From: an uncultured Verrucomicrobiae bacterium
GTDB lineage: Bacteria > Verrucomicrobiota > Verrucomicrobiia > Chthoniobacterales > Terrimicrobiaceae
NCBI GenBank assembly: GCA_963847295.1
Contig: CAWJZG010000011.1
Location: 2,639 to 66,638 of the forward strand
DNA: 64,000 nucleotides
Direction of reading: 5' to 3'
Below the pieces are notes generated by a model, which searched no databases, was not told the DNA's origin, and saw only the letters and a program-made list of their open reading frames with translations. Numbering within the stretch: position 1 is the stretch's first letter; every line of letters starts with the position of its first letter. Below are positions 47,204 to 57,594 of this stretch, in pieces. A program made the position numbers and the translations under genes.

Positions 47204-48391
47204 TTACAATATTGTGGCGGACATTGTTCTGTTCGCAGATAGGGCAGAACTGACAGCTGGCACGAGGCGTTCGATCATCTCTCGCTGGTGAGCGGCCGTC
47301 ACCGTGATGCGCAACCTGGCGGACCCTCGCGCGACGGTCGGATAGCGGATGGCGGGGACCAGAAAGCCCGCAGCCAAGAGCGTTGTTGAAGCCTCCATCG
47401 CTCGCTCTTCACCACCGACGATTACTGGAAAGATGGCACTTTGCGCAGGCGCGAGCAGACCAGAAGCGAGCGTTGCCATATTTTCCTGAAGCTTCCTCAC
47501 GAGCGCTCCTCCCTCGTCCGATTCGAGGAGTTCGACCGCCGCACAGGAAACTGCCGCGCAATGCGGCGGTGGCGCAGTGGAGAAAATGAAGCTGCGAGCC
47601 CGGTTTATCAGATAGTCACGCAGGGCGGCACTGCCGCAAATATAGGCGCCAGAGGATCCCAGCGCTTTCCCGAGCGTACCCATCTGTATGTCGATCCGGG
47701 TGGAAACCCCGGACTCATCCGCCAGGCCACGACCCTGTTTTCCGATGACGCCGATCCCATGCGCTTCATCAACAAGAAGCCATGCCCCGAAGCGTTCCTT
47801 CAACTCGACAATTTCGGCCAACGGGGCGCGGTCTCCGTCCATGCTGTAAACGGACTCGATGAGGACGAGGACTCGCGCATCGGGGTGCTTCTCCGCTGCC
47901 CACCGCAGATGGCTTTCCAATTTCTCGAGCCGATTGTGCGGGAAGACCCGCATCGACGCCCCGCTGAGCCGCGCGCCATCCACGAGACAAGCGTGACAAA
48001 GCTTGTCCAAAATAATCACGTCGCCCTTCCCAGCCAGCGCGGGGATCGTTCCCAGCGCCGCGGCATAGCCGCTTGAAAAGCTCAAAGCGGCCTCGGTCTG
48101 CTTGAATCGCCTCAGCGCTTCCTCGAGGCGTTGATGATGCCTGTGCGTGCCGCAAACCAATCGCGAGGCTCCCGCTCCCGCGCCGGCCTCTTCGAGCGCG
48201 TCATGCGCCGCCTTGCGAAGATCTTGATGCGCGGCCAGCCCGAGGTAGTCGTTGGAAGAGAAGTTTGCCAGCAACCGTGCGCCGCAAGACACCTCCGGTC
48301 CTTGAGGGGAATCGAGGATGCGCAAGAAACGGCGGAGGCCCGCATCCCGAATGCGCTCGAGCTCGCTCGTGAGAAACTGATCGAAATTCAT
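47204..48391 (-). CDS. bioF: 8-amino-7-oxononanoate synthase (alpha-oxoamine synthase family)
   Basis: NDYLGL, ESVYSMDGD, GTLGKALGSSG (PLP lysine). The ATG overlaps the pdxJ stop as ATGA. Confidence 0.8.
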   Translation of the reverse strand: MNFDQFLTSELERIRDAGLRRFLRILDSPQGPEVSCGARLLANFSSNDYLGLAAHQDLRKAAHDALEEAGAGAGASRLVCGTHRHHQRLEEALRRFKQTEAALSFSSGYAAALGTIPALAGKGDVIILDKLCHACLVDGARLSGASMRVFPHNRLEKLESHLRWAAEKHPDARVLVLIESVYSMDGDRAPLAEIVELKERFGAWLLVDEAHGIGVIGKQGRGLADESGVSTRIDIQMGTLGKALGSSGAYICGSAALRDYLINRARSFIFSTAPPPHCAAVSCAAVELLESDEGGALVRKLQENMATLASGLLAPAQSAIFPVIVGGEERAMEASTTLLAAGFLVPAIRYPTVARGSARLRITVTAAHQREMIERLVPAVSSALSANRTMSATIL

Positions 48392-49122
48392 CCATTCATC
48401 AAATGCAGCATCCGCCTCACCGCTGTTTCCATTCCGGCGAGAATCGCCCGCGAAACGATGGAGTGGCCGATGTTCAGTTCTACAAGGTGAGGAATCCGGA
48501 GGATGTGATGGATATTCTCGTAGTTAATTCCGTGCCCGGCGTTGACATTCAATCCTGAGGAATGCGCCAATTCCGCGGCCTTGATGAGCCGGGCAAGCTC
48601 GATCTCCCGGTCCGCCCCCAAGCTATTTGCGAATGATCCGGTGTGCAATTCGACGAACTGCGCACCAAGCTCCGCCGCCGCCGCAACCTGGGGCTCCTCG
48701 GGGTCGATAAAAAGACTTACCAGGATCCCTCGCTCCTTGAGGCAGGCAATCGTGGGGCGTAGCGAGGGCTTCTGCGCTGCGCAATCGAGTCCGCCTTCCG
48801 TTGTCACTTCCTGCCGATTTTCCGGGACCAGGCAAACATCATGCGGCAGAATGCTCAAGGCGATCTCAACAATTTCTGCCGAGTTGCCCATTTCCAGGTT
48901 AAGCTTGGTGCCGATTCTCTCCCGCAAATTATGGATGTCCTGATCCTGAATGTGCCTCCGGTCAAGGCGGAGATGGGCTGTGATTCCGTGAGCTCCGGCC
49001 TGCTCCGCCGCCAGAGCTGCCGCAACAGGATCCGGCTCAGCGTTCGGCGATTCTGGCATCTCGCGATAGCGGGCCTGACGCAGTGTCGCGACGTGATCGA
49101 TATTGACTCCGAGTTTGATCAT
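48388..49122 (-). CDS. pdxJ: Pyridoxine 5'-phosphate synthase
   Basis: Trimmed to ATG 49122. MIKLGVNIDHVATLRQAR..ITAHLRLDRRHI..VELHTG..NAGHG. Confidence 0.9.
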   Translation of the reverse strand: MIKLGVNIDHVATLRQARYREMPESPNAEPDPVAAALAAEQAGAHGITAHLRLDRRHIQDQDIHNLRERIGTKLNLEMGNSAEIVEIALSILPHDVCLVPENRQEVTTEGGLDCAAQKPSLRPTIACLKERGILVSLFIDPEEPQVAAAAELGAQFVELHTGSFANSLGADREIELARLIKAAELAHSSGLNVNAGHGINYENIHHILRIPHLVELNIGHSIVSRAILAGMETAVRRMLHLMNG

Positions 49123-49249
49123 ATCGGATGAATCAAGAGTTGAGCGACGGGTGACAAGCGCAAAACGGCCACTTAAAACTGCGAAGGGAGAATTGGAAGG
49201 GCGAACCTCCCGCGTGAGCGGCACGTTGCCGCCGCGTGAAAGTCGCGGT

Positions 49250-49319
49250 CACGCGAAGGCCAAGGCGGCTCACGCGGAGGCGGCAACGCGGCCACGCGAA
49301 GGCCTGCGCGGCTCACCTG
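49250..49319. repeat. Two copies of a 27-bp direct repeat in the pdxJ / glycosyltransferase divergent intergenic region
   Basis: CACGCGAAGGCCAAGGCGGCTCACGCG at 49250..49276 and CACGCGAAGGCCTGCGCGGCTCACCTG at 49293..49319. Confidence 0.6.
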
Positions 49320-49523
49320 ACGCGTCTTAACGCTGTCACGCGACAGCCGACTCACCTGTGACGGTGAGCCGTTTATTCACGGCTCGGGTGGAACCTCTCG
49401 GGCAAAGGGACGCTGTCCTCAGTTGCTACTTACCAGAGACTACACGAGTCTGCAAACTTCGTCGCATGACCTCAAACCGATGTGAAAGCAATCTGACTGA
49501 CTGCGACGTCTCAGCAGGGCGCT

Positions 49524-51131
49524 GTGAAAACACTTATAACCCCGTCCATTCACCGTGATTGGCTCAGGTATATTGATCTTAAGATCCTTGTGAATTTGCA
49601 CAGGTTGAAAACGCTCCCCTGGACTGATATCGGCATTCTCGCAACCGCCGCGGCCTTGCGCGTTGCTTTTCTCGACATCAAGCCACCGCATTTCGACGAG
49701 GGCGTCAATGGCTGGTTTGCCGACCAAATGACGCGCAACGGCTACTTTCGCTACGACCCGACGAACTATCACGGGCCACTGCACTTTTACGCGCTCTTCC
49801 TTTCGCAGACTCTCTTTGGGCGCAATCTCTGGGCACTGCGCTTGCCGGCTGTTGTCGCCAGCCTGCTTGCAGTCTGGTCCATGCTACGCTTCCGAGAGCA
49901 TTTCGGCGCTCAGGCTGCTCGCGTCGCGGCGCTCGCAATGGCCGTTTCACCTGCGTGTGTCTTTTACGGTCGCTACTCGATCCATGAGTCGTGGATGGTC
50001 TTCTTTTCAACGCTTTTCCTCTGGGGATTGCTCGGCTTGTGGGAAAGGGGCGAGCGCCGGTTTCTGTTCGCGCTGCTCGCGGCAGCAAGCGGGATGATTC
50101 TCACAAAAGAAACCTACGTGTTGCACATCGGCAGCTTTTTGCTTGCCGGCATCGTGCTGGGGCTTTGGCAAAAACTCCTGCCCTCGCGCCCGGGGCTGCC
50201 GCTGGCGCGCCAGCAATGGACCTGGAGGGATCTAACGAAAGGCGGGGCGATCGCCTTGTTCACAATCGTGTTCTTCTATTCGGGAACCTTCATGGATTTC
50301 CAGGCCTTGAGCGGAATCTACGAGACTTTTGCCGCGTGGTTTCACACGGGCGTTGAGGCGGCGGGACACGAAAAGAAACTCCATCAGATCGGACCTTTGA
50401 ACTACTACTGGGTGGCACTCATGGCGCGTTATGAATGGCCCGCCTTGCTTGGACTCATGCTTAGCCTTCGATATGTCGCGCCCTCCGACGCGCGTCTTAG
50501 ATATCTTACGATCTACGGTTGCGGCGTCGTTGTCGCTTACTCGCTCATCCCATACAAGACGCCCTGGTGCATCATTTCCATCCTCTGGCCTTTCTATTTG
50601 ATCCTAGGCTCGGGGATGCCGGCGCCGAGCGCGCAATCCGCTAGCCGGCTGGCATCCCCGCTTATTCGGTTTGCAGTTGCAGGCAGCCTCGCGGCCAGCG
50701 CCTTCCTTTGCGTTCGCCTCAACTTCTTGCAGTTCACAAATGAGAAGGAGCCCTACGTCTACGTGCAGACATTTCCCGAGATCGAAACACTCACCAAGCC
50801 GCTCCTTGCTATGGCGAGAAAGGATCCGCGCTATTATCACGTTCATGGCCAAATACTGCTGGACAGCTATTATCCACTGCCGTGGATGCTCGGCGACTTC
50901 ACGCAGATCGGCTACTACAAAGAAGAGGCGCCACCCGAGGCTCACGATGCGGATTTTGTCGTTGCGCGGAAGAGCCAGATGGAGCAGATCGAATCCGGAC
51001 TTGCCGGCGAGTATTATAAGCGGCCTTTTCGCCTCCGCGATTCGCAAGAGGAGTGCGTCGTCTACTTTCGCAGGAAGACCTTCGAAAAGTGGTTCAATGG
51101 CGAGCCTCCACTCTTTCGCGGAAAGCCATGA
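49524..51131 (+). CDS. GT-C fold (ArnT/PMT-like, TIGR03663/Agl23-like) polytopic membrane glycosyltransferase
   Basis: GTG start. PPHFDEGVNGWFADQMTRNGYFRYDPTNYHGPLHFY, about 12 TM segments, and a soluble C-terminal domain. Confidence 0.6.
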   Translation: MKTLITPSIHRDWLRYIDLKILVNLHRLKTLPWTDIGILATAAALRVAFLDIKPPHFDEGVNGWFADQMTRNGYFRYDPTNYHGPLHFYALFLSQTLFGRNLWALRLPAVVASLLAVWSMLRFREHFGAQAARVAALAMAVSPACVFYGRYSIHESWMVFFSTLFLWGLLGLWERGERRFLFALLAAASGMILTKETYVLHIGSFLLAGIVLGLWQKLLPSRPGLPLARQQWTWRDLTKGGAIALFTIVFFYSGTFMDFQALSGIYETFAAWFHTGVEAAGHEKKLHQIGPLNYYWVALMARYEWPALLGLMLSLRYVAPSDARLRYLTIYGCGVVVAYSLIPYKTPWCIISILWPFYLILGSGMPAPSAQSASRLASPLIRFAVAGSLAASAFLCVRLNFLQFTNEKEPYVYVQTFPEIETLTKPLLAMARKDPRYYHVHGQILLDSYYPLPWMLGDFTQIGYYKEEAPPEAHDADFVVARKSQMEQIESGLAGEYYKRPFRLRDSQEECVVYFRRKTFEKWFNGEPPLFRGKP

Positions 51132-52960
51132 AGTGCCTTTCCTCCATGCTGGCCTTCTCATCCACGACCGTTGTCGCGGCGATACTCCTGGCCTTCATGT
51201 TTTCCGGGATCAACGCTTTGGCTGCCTGGCTAGCGATTGCATGCGGCACTCTCGCGGCGGTTGCTGCCTGGCGGACAACCAATCCGTATCCGCGAGCACC
51301 ACTGGGTTTCTGGGACTGGCTGGTGCTTGCGGTCTTCGCGCTTTCGTCGGTGCGCGCCTTCTTGTGGCTTATCTATCCGCGCGGCGATGAGATTTGCGTA
51401 CTCTCCCCAAATAACCTCGGAGACCTTTCCCTCCATCTCAACCTTATTCGCTATCTTGCAAGCGGAGTCGCTTTCTGGCCGGAAAGCTCAATTCTGAGCA
51501 ATGCACCTCTAAGCTATCCGCTCGGCGCGGACCTCATTAACGGCCTCCTTGAGATCTGCGGCGTGGATACAATCCGTGGCCTGATTTGGACGGGACTTGC
51601 CGGCGCGGCTCTGACCGGATATGCGCTTTGGTCGTGGGGCGGCCCCTTCGGTGTCGCGGCGTTTCTATTCAACGGCGGACTCGCTGGATTTGCGGTGTTG
51701 CGCACGCTGCAAATCGACGATTTCCAGCGCGACATGGTCTGGAAGAATCTGTTTCTGTCCATGTTTGTCACGCAACGCGGCCTGCTTTTCGCGCTCCCAG
51801 GCGGGCTGCTTCTCTTATATGTGTGGCGCGAGCGCTATTTTCGCTCCGGGAATCGCGTCGTTTCCTTCTGGCTGGAGCTCTTGCTCTACGCCAGCATGCC
51901 CCTATTCAGCGTTCACGCTTTTCTTTTCCTAAGTCTGATTCTGTCCGCAATCTTTATAGCCTCCTTATTCAGTGCGCGAAAGCCGGGTAAGGAAAAACGC
52001 TTCTCCAGCCCGGGCGGCGCTCCGATCGCTGCACTGCCAGCGCGATCAGGCTATCCTTCTCGAGACGGAGACGGCGCAGTCCGCGAGGTGCTCATTCTCG
52101 TCGCTTCGGCTGCTCTTCCCGCCACCGTCGGCATCCTGCTTGTCACAGGATTTTTCTCCGCTTCTTCGGGCATCCGGTGGTCTCCCGCCTGGATAATGGG
52201 AGAGAGCGGGTGGAACCTCTGGGTCTGGATTTGGAATTTCGGCCTCGCGCTGCCTTTGTCTTTACTGCTCGCGGCCGCTCTTTACTCCGACAGAGACATC
52301 GAGGCGCGTTGCTTCGTATGGGCGGCAAGCGCCGTTTTCGCCGCCTGCTGCGTCTTTATCTTCGCTCCTTGGGAATGGGACAACATGAAGTTGATGCTCT
52401 GGAGCTGGCTTGTGATCGCACCCTATCTCTGGAAAAAGATGCTCGCGCCGTTGAAGCTTCCGGCACGCGCCGCCGTCTGCGTTGCCCTGTTTTTTTCGGG
52501 AGGCGTATCGCTGATCGGCGGGCTGGACACTCGCCATGGATACGCCATCGCGCAAAGGTCCGAACTAGCCGGCTGGCAGCACGCCGTTGCCAGCATCCCG
52601 CCCGAGGTTCGCTTCGCAAGCGTTTCCGATTACAATCATCCGCTGATCCTTCTTGGCCGCAAGGTGGCATGCGGCTATGAAGGTCACCTTTGGAGCCACG
52701 GACTCGATTACCATAAGAGATTGGAGCTTCTAAGCAAGTCGCTGAAAGGAGAAGTGGGCTGGCGTTCAAGCGCACCATTGCTGGGCGTCGAATGGCTCGC
52801 CCTGCGCAACAAGGATTTGCCGCTCGCAAAACCGCCGGGAGATCCGCCTGCGGCGAATGCCTATGGCGCCCTCTACGACTTGCGGCCTCTTCTTAAACAA
52901 GACCCAGCCAGCCCAGAAAGCCCGCGATTGCAACAACGATCAGTGGATTTATCTTGGTGA
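51128..52960 (+). CDS. Hypothetical polytopic membrane protein (about 610 aa)
   Basis: ATG 51128 overlaps the upstream stop as ATGA. There are many hydrophobic segments and a C-terminal soluble region. No family recognised. Confidence 0.55.
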   Translation: MKCLSSMLAFSSTTVVAAILLAFMFSGINALAAWLAIACGTLAAVAAWRTTNPYPRAPLGFWDWLVLAVFALSSVRAFLWLIYPRGDEICVLSPNNLGDLSLHLNLIRYLASGVAFWPESSILSNAPLSYPLGADLINGLLEICGVDTIRGLIWTGLAGAALTGYALWSWGGPFGVAAFLFNGGLAGFAVLRTLQIDDFQRDMVWKNLFLSMFVTQRGLLFALPGGLLLLYVWRERYFRSGNRVVSFWLELLLYASMPLFSVHAFLFLSLILSAIFIASLFSARKPGKEKRFSSPGGAPIAALPARSGYPSRDGDGAVREVLILVASAALPATVGILLVTGFFSASSGIRWSPAWIMGESGWNLWVWIWNFGLALPLSLLLAAALYSDRDIEARCFVWAASAVFAACCVFIFAPWEWDNMKLMLWSWLVIAPYLWKKMLAPLKLPARAAVCVALFFSGGVSLIGGLDTRHGYAIAQRSELAGWQHAVASIPPEVRFASVSDYNHPLILLGRKVACGYEGHLWSHGLDYHKRLELLSKSLKGEVGWRSSAPLLGVEWLALRNKDLPLAKPPGDPPAANAYGALYDLRPLLKQDPASPESPRLQQRSVDLSW

Positions 52961-53444
52961 AGACAAAGACAAGCGTGCAGACCGCTGTGAGAAGATACGC
53001 ACGCCAATCGTGATCCGCAGCCCTGCTCATCACATAGCCGCTTGCGAGAACGAGGCCAACGGTGAGCGGCGCGAATCCCTTTTCGATCGCATGGCGCACC
53101 GGTGAGTTCCTCGCGCGCTCCCAGAACTGCACGACAAAGTAGACGAGCAATCCGGCCGGGAAAATCATCGCAGCGGTGGCGAGAATGGCGCCAAAAACGC
53201 CCATCAACTCTCCTCCGGCGGTCAATCCCGCCTTATACCCGATCAAGGTAACGATTAGAATGCTCGGTCCCGGCGCCGCCTGCGAGATTGCGAAGATATT
53301 CGCGAACTGGCTATCCGTCATCCAATGGTAGTCGCCAACGGTCTTGTAGTGCATCTCGGGCAGGACCGTATTGCCGCCGCCAATCGAGAGCAGCGAAAGC
53401 GAGCTGAACAACAACACGATTTGCAGGAGCGTTTTTACGTTCAC
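52893..53444 (-). CDS. chrA: Chromate transporter (CHR family), C-terminal-half-type subunit
   Basis: SIGGGNTVLPEMH..FANIFAISQAAPGP. GTG 53444 overlaps the upstream stop as GTGA. The alternative start is 53471. Confidence 0.8.
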   Translation of the reverse strand: MNVKTLLQIVLLFSSLSLLSIGGGNTVLPEMHYKTVGDYHWMTDSQFANIFAISQAAPGPSILIVTLIGYKAGLTAGGELMGVFGAILATAAMIFPAGLLVYFVVQFWERARNSPVRHAIEKGFAPLTVGLVLASGYVMSRAADHDWRAYLLTAVCTLVFVFTKINPLIVVAIAGFLGWLGLV

Positions 53445-54001
53445 GGCTTCTTCGTCTTCGGCCACCCCCACACAAGGCTAAGCGGCGCAAGGAGAGCGAG
53501 GCATGGGAGCAGATGCCAGCGCAGAACACCATTCATCACAAAAATCGCCGCGAAAAGAAGCACCGGAACGAGGCCGCGCAAGCATTTCCGCCCAGTTTTA
53601 ATGGCCATGGCAAGCGTTAACGCCACCGCCGCGGCGGCGGCTCCATGCAGGACGCTCTGGAGCGCTGGAATCTGATGAAATTGAAAATATGCGTAGCCGA
53701 GTCCAAGAATGATGAGCACGGGGATTAGTGAAAGACCGATGACCGCCGCCACAGCCCCCGCCATGCCACGAAATTTCGCGCCGACGAAAACGGCCAAATT
53801 CACCTGATTGGCTCCCGGTAAGATCCGGCACATCGTAATTGCGCTGAGAAATTCCTCCTCAGCCATCCACTTCTTCTCGACGACGATCACCTCGCGCGAC
53901 CATGCGGACAGCCCGCCGCCAAAGGAAGCCAAAGCGATGTGGTTGAAGGTCCACGCAAGCCCGAGAAGCGTTGGCCTTGGGGGGGGTTCCGCCTCACTCA
54001 T
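53441..54001 (-). CDS. chrA: Chromate transporter (CHR family), N-terminal-half-type subunit
   Basis: Trimmed to ATG 54001. ALASFGGGLSAWSREVIVVEKKWMAEEEFLSAITMCRILPGANQVNLAVFVG. Confidence 0.8.
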   Translation of the reverse strand: MSEAEPPPRPTLLGLAWTFNHIALASFGGGLSAWSREVIVVEKKWMAEEEFLSAITMCRILPGANQVNLAVFVGAKFRGMAGAVAAVIGLSLIPVLIILGLGYAYFQFHQIPALQSVLHGAAAAAVALTLAMAIKTGRKCLRGLVPVLLFAAIFVMNGVLRWHLLPCLALLAPLSLVWGWPKTKKP

Positions 54002-54983
54002 GCCTAAGCTCGTGATCGTGCGGGAAGTCCGTTTCCTTGTGTTTTGACGGATCGAGAGGGTCCGGCGGATCATAGCTATGCGAAAGCTCCCAATCCGCAT
54101 CAAAGACCTCAGTGAGGCGCTTGACAATCGCTTCGTCCTTGATGGTTGTGCCCAATTCCCGGCGCAGGTCAAAGGCACTGCGATCGATATTCATCGAGCC
54201 GATCAACGCGTGCGAATCGTCGGCAATCAGGAGTTTGGCATGGAGGCGCAGATTCTTTTGCTTATGAACCTTCACGCCAAAACGCTTGAGCACACGCAGC
54301 GAAGAGAACGTGTCGAGAACGTCCCAATCGCTGATTCCATGCTTTCCTCCGCAGAGAACACGCACGTGCACGCCCCGCTCAGCCGCATCGAGAAGGCGGT
54401 CGAGAATGACGGCATCGACAAACTTCGGATGCTGGACATCGAGCTTGTGCTTCGCCGCATCAATAAAATGCGACATTCGGAGCCGCGAATTCGCATTGCT
54501 CCAAAGCAACCCGGTCTCGGGATCGGGCAGCCAGTCGCGATGCTCCCAGTCTGCCTCAAACCCTTCGATCACCTGCGCCACCCGAGCGGGGTCGTGCGTC
54601 ACCACTCCGTAGTCGCGTGTCTGCGTAAAGTACTTCAAGCAAAGATTGAACGTTGCAATGAGCGCGGCTTTCCCGTCCACGACGATGGACTTCTCGTGTG
54701 TGACATAGAACTTCGGGTTCGCCCACCGGATATTGACGCCGTTCTTCTTGAAATAATCGTACGTTTCATCATTGGCACGATCGCCGCCCGAGCGCTTTGG
54801 ATTGAGCATCACGCGCACCTCGACCCCCGCGTTCTTGCGTTCCGCTACCGCTTGCACCAAGCTCGGCTCGGAGAATGTGAATTGCTTGATTAGAAGAGTT
54901 TTCTCTGCGGAACTGATGAAATCGAGCACCGGAGGAATACCGTCGTCAGGCTCAACGACCAAATGAGAGAAGGAAGGAGACAT
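53994..54983 (-). CDS. Phospholipase D-like protein with two HKD motifs
   Basis: HEKSIVVDGKAALIATFN and HAKLLIADDSHALIGSMN. Confidence 0.85.
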   Translation of the reverse strand: MSPSFSHLVVEPDDGIPPVLDFISSAEKTLLIKQFTFSEPSLVQAVAERKNAGVEVRVMLNPKRSGGDRANDETYDYFKKNGVNIRWANPKFYVTHEKSIVVDGKAALIATFNLCLKYFTQTRDYGVVTHDPARVAQVIEGFEADWEHRDWLPDPETGLLWSNANSRLRMSHFIDAAKHKLDVQHPKFVDAVILDRLLDAAERGVHVRVLCGGKHGISDWDVLDTFSSLRVLKRFGVKVHKQKNLRLHAKLLIADDSHALIGSMNIDRSAFDLRRELGTTIKDEAIVKRLTEVFDADWELSHSYDPPDPLDPSKHKETDFPHDHELRHE

Positions 54984-55091
54984 AACTTACGCGCAAACAC
55001 ATACACCAACCCCGCAAAAAGAAAAGCCCCTCGTCGGCCCGCTGTTTTTTCCTTTTTGCCTGGCCGAGGCCGGTCTTAGCTCATCCTCCTA

Positions 55092-57551
55092 ATGCAGAAG
55101 GAAACGCTCCCCCTGCCTTCCTGGTCCTTCTTTGAGCCGAGGTTGCGTCACTGGCTTAAAGCCCGAGTTCCCGGCTGCATTCATAACGACCTTTTCAGGC
55201 ACAAGCGAATTCCGGATCCTTTCTGGGGATCGAACGAAAAAGAGCTTCAGTGGATCGAGGAGCGCGACTGGGAGTACCGGTGCAGGTTCGCCGCCGAACC
55301 GGAATTTTGCGATCGCGAACACATTGAGCTCGTCGCCGAGGGCCTCGACACGATCGCAAGTATTCGTTTGAACGGACACAACATCGGGTGGACGGAAAAC
55401 ATGTTTCTCGGACACCGGTTTGACGTGAAGCAGGCGCTCCGAGCGGGGCGCAACATTCTGGAGATCCGTTTTGGCAGTCCGATGCTTTATATCCGCGCCC
55501 GCAGGAAACCAGGCGACTTCCATGAGTGGAACGACCGGGTGGGAGGTTGTTCGCACATTCGCAAGGAACAATGTTCGTTTGGATGGGACTGGGGCCCTCG
55601 CTTCGCCACGTGCGGCGTTTACAAGCCAATCTGTCTGGAGGCATGGCAAGACAACCGCATTGAATCGGTGCGAATCCGGCAGCGACACGAAGCCGGCTGC
55701 GTCTCTGCAAGCGTTGAAACCCAACTCGCCCGTGAAGGCGACGAAATCCGCGGCGTCGTCTGCAGGAACGACCAAGTCGTCGCAGAAATTTCAAATCTGA
55801 AGTTTGAAATCTCGAATCCCGAATTGTGGTGGCCAAACGGCCACGGCACTCAACCACTCTATGATGTGCGGCTCGAACTCGCGCAAGGAGACAAGATCCT
55901 GGATCGCTGGAACGGACGGATCGGTCTGCGAACAATCGCTCTGGACCGCCATCCCGATGAGTTCGGAGAAACCTTTCAATTCACTGTCAACGGACGGTCA
56001 ATATTTGCCAAGGGCGCGAACTGGATCCCTGCACACAGTTTTGTCAGTGAGGTCAGCCGCTCCGATTATGACAATTTGCTTACGAGCGCGGTGCAGGCGC
56101 ATATGAACATGATCCGCGTTTGGGGCGGCGGAATTTATGAAATGGAAGACTTCTATGATCTTTGCGACGAAAAAGGGCTGCTGGTTTGGCAGGATTTCAT
56201 GTTCGCATGCGCTGTGTATCCGGGCGGAGCAGAGTTCCTCGCCTCTGTCAAGGCCGAGGCCGAACACCAAGTAAAGCGGCTGGCAAATCACGCATGCTTG
56301 GCGCTGTGGTGCGGCAACAACGAAATCGAGCAGATGCCGGGAGAAATTCTAAGAACCAGGCAGAGGAAAAAAGCCTACGACGATATTTTTTACGGCATCC
56401 TGCCGGAGACCGTCGCCCGCTATGACGCAGAGACCGCGTACTGGCCGAGCTCGCCGCACAATCCGGATGGCTATGAGAGGGGACCCAACAATGAAAAGGC
56501 GGGCGACAGCCACTTCTGGGATGTGTGGCACGCGCGGCACCCGGTCAAATACTACGAGAAAAAAGGCTTTCGGTTTTGCTCGGAATTCGGGATGCAATCT
56601 TTAAGCTCACCGGAGGTCGCCGCGACGTTTTGCCTCCCTGAGGAGTGGGACGCATTTGGCCCGGCGATGGAAACCCATCAGAAAAACCTAGCGGGGAATC
56701 TGATCATCAGGGACTACGTTTCTCGACGCTATCGCCTCGCCACGGACTACGCTTCGCTCGCGTATCTTTCGCAGATCAACCAGGCCTATTGCATGAAAGT
56801 AGCCGTCGAGCATTTTCGCCGCTCGATGCCACGCACAATGGGCGCCCTATACTGGCAATTGAACGACTGCTGGCCCGGATTTTCGTGGAGCAGCCTGGAA
56901 TTTGGAGGGCGGTGGAAAGCGCTGCACTTCGCCGCCAGGCGCTTCTTTGCACCGGTCCTGGTCTCCGCTCATGTTCCTGGTGATGAGCGGATGGGTATGG
57001 GGAACATTTGGAGGAGCAGCATTCGCGAGATTCATCTCCATACAATCTGCGACGCTCCGGGCAAGACCAACGGCTCGTTGAGCTGGACTCTTTTTCACCT
57101 CGACGGCCGGCTGCTGGAGGCCGGAGAAAAGAGCGTTTTTCTCGGATACGGACAATCGCACCGACAAAAGACGCTCGATCTGTCAAAGAACATGAAGACT
57201 CACAGCGCGCGCAATATCTACCTTCGTATCCGGCTTGAGACAGACGACGGAGCGATCTCCGAGGACACGGTCTTTCTGACAGCACCGCGCTTCATGGAGT
57301 TTCCCCGCATTCCGATATCAACAGCGGTCGAGCGCGCTGCAAAGCGGGAGTTTGAGTTGGGCTTCCATTCGCGCGGTTTCCACCATGCCGTTCAAATCGA
57401 TTTGCCTGGAATTGCGCACAAGGTTACAGACAACTTTTTTGATCTGCACCCTGGAGAGACGCGTAAAGTGCGAGTCTGCACAGAAAAGGCCGCAATGATT
57501 GCGGAGATCAAGCGAGCCCTCACGATCCGATCGCTCGTCGATACCTATTGA
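55092..57551 (+). CDS. Glycoside hydrolase family 2 beta-mannosidase
   Basis: [38 protein letters not shown]. Confidence 0.85.
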   Translation: MQKETLPLPSWSFFEPRLRHWLKARVPGCIHNDLFRHKRIPDPFWGSNEKELQWIEERDWEYRCRFAAEPEFCDREHIELVAEGLDTIASIRLNGHNIGWTENMFLGHRFDVKQALRAGRNILEIRFGSPMLYIRARRKPGDFHEWNDRVGGCSHIRKEQCSFGWDWGPRFATCGVYKPICLEAWQDNRIESVRIRQRHEAGCVSASVETQLAREGDEIRGVVCRNDQVVAEISNLKFEISNPELWWPNGHGTQPLYDVRLELAQGDKILDRWNGRIGLRTIALDRHPDEFGETFQFTVNGRSIFAKGANWIPAHSFVSEVSRSDYDNLLTSAVQAHMNMIRVWGGGIYEMEDFYDLCDEKGLLVWQDFMFACAVYPGGAEFLASVKAEAEHQVKRLANHACLALWCGNNEIEQMPGEILRTRQRKKAYDDIFYGILPETVARYDAETAYWPSSPHNPDGYERGPNNEKAGDSHFWDVWHARHPVKYYEKKGFRFCSEFGMQSLSSPEVAATFCLPEEWDAFGPAMETHQKNLAGNLIIRDYVSRRYRLATDYASLAYLSQINQAYCMKVAVEHFRRSMPRTMGALYWQLNDCWPGFSWSSLEFGGRWKALHFAARRFFAPVLVSAHVPGDERMGMGNIWRSSIREIHLHTICDAPGKTNGSLSWTLFHLDGRLLEAGEKSVFLGYGQSHRQKTLDLSKNMKTHSARNIYLRIRLETDDGAISEDTVFLTAPRFMEFPRIPISTAVERAAKREFELGFHSRGFHHAVQIDLPGIAHKVTDNFFDLHPGETRKVRVCTEKAAMIAEIKRALTIRSLVDTY

Positions 57552-57594
57552 CCAGACGCTCGCTTGGATTTCGTATGTTCTTGCTTGAGAATAC

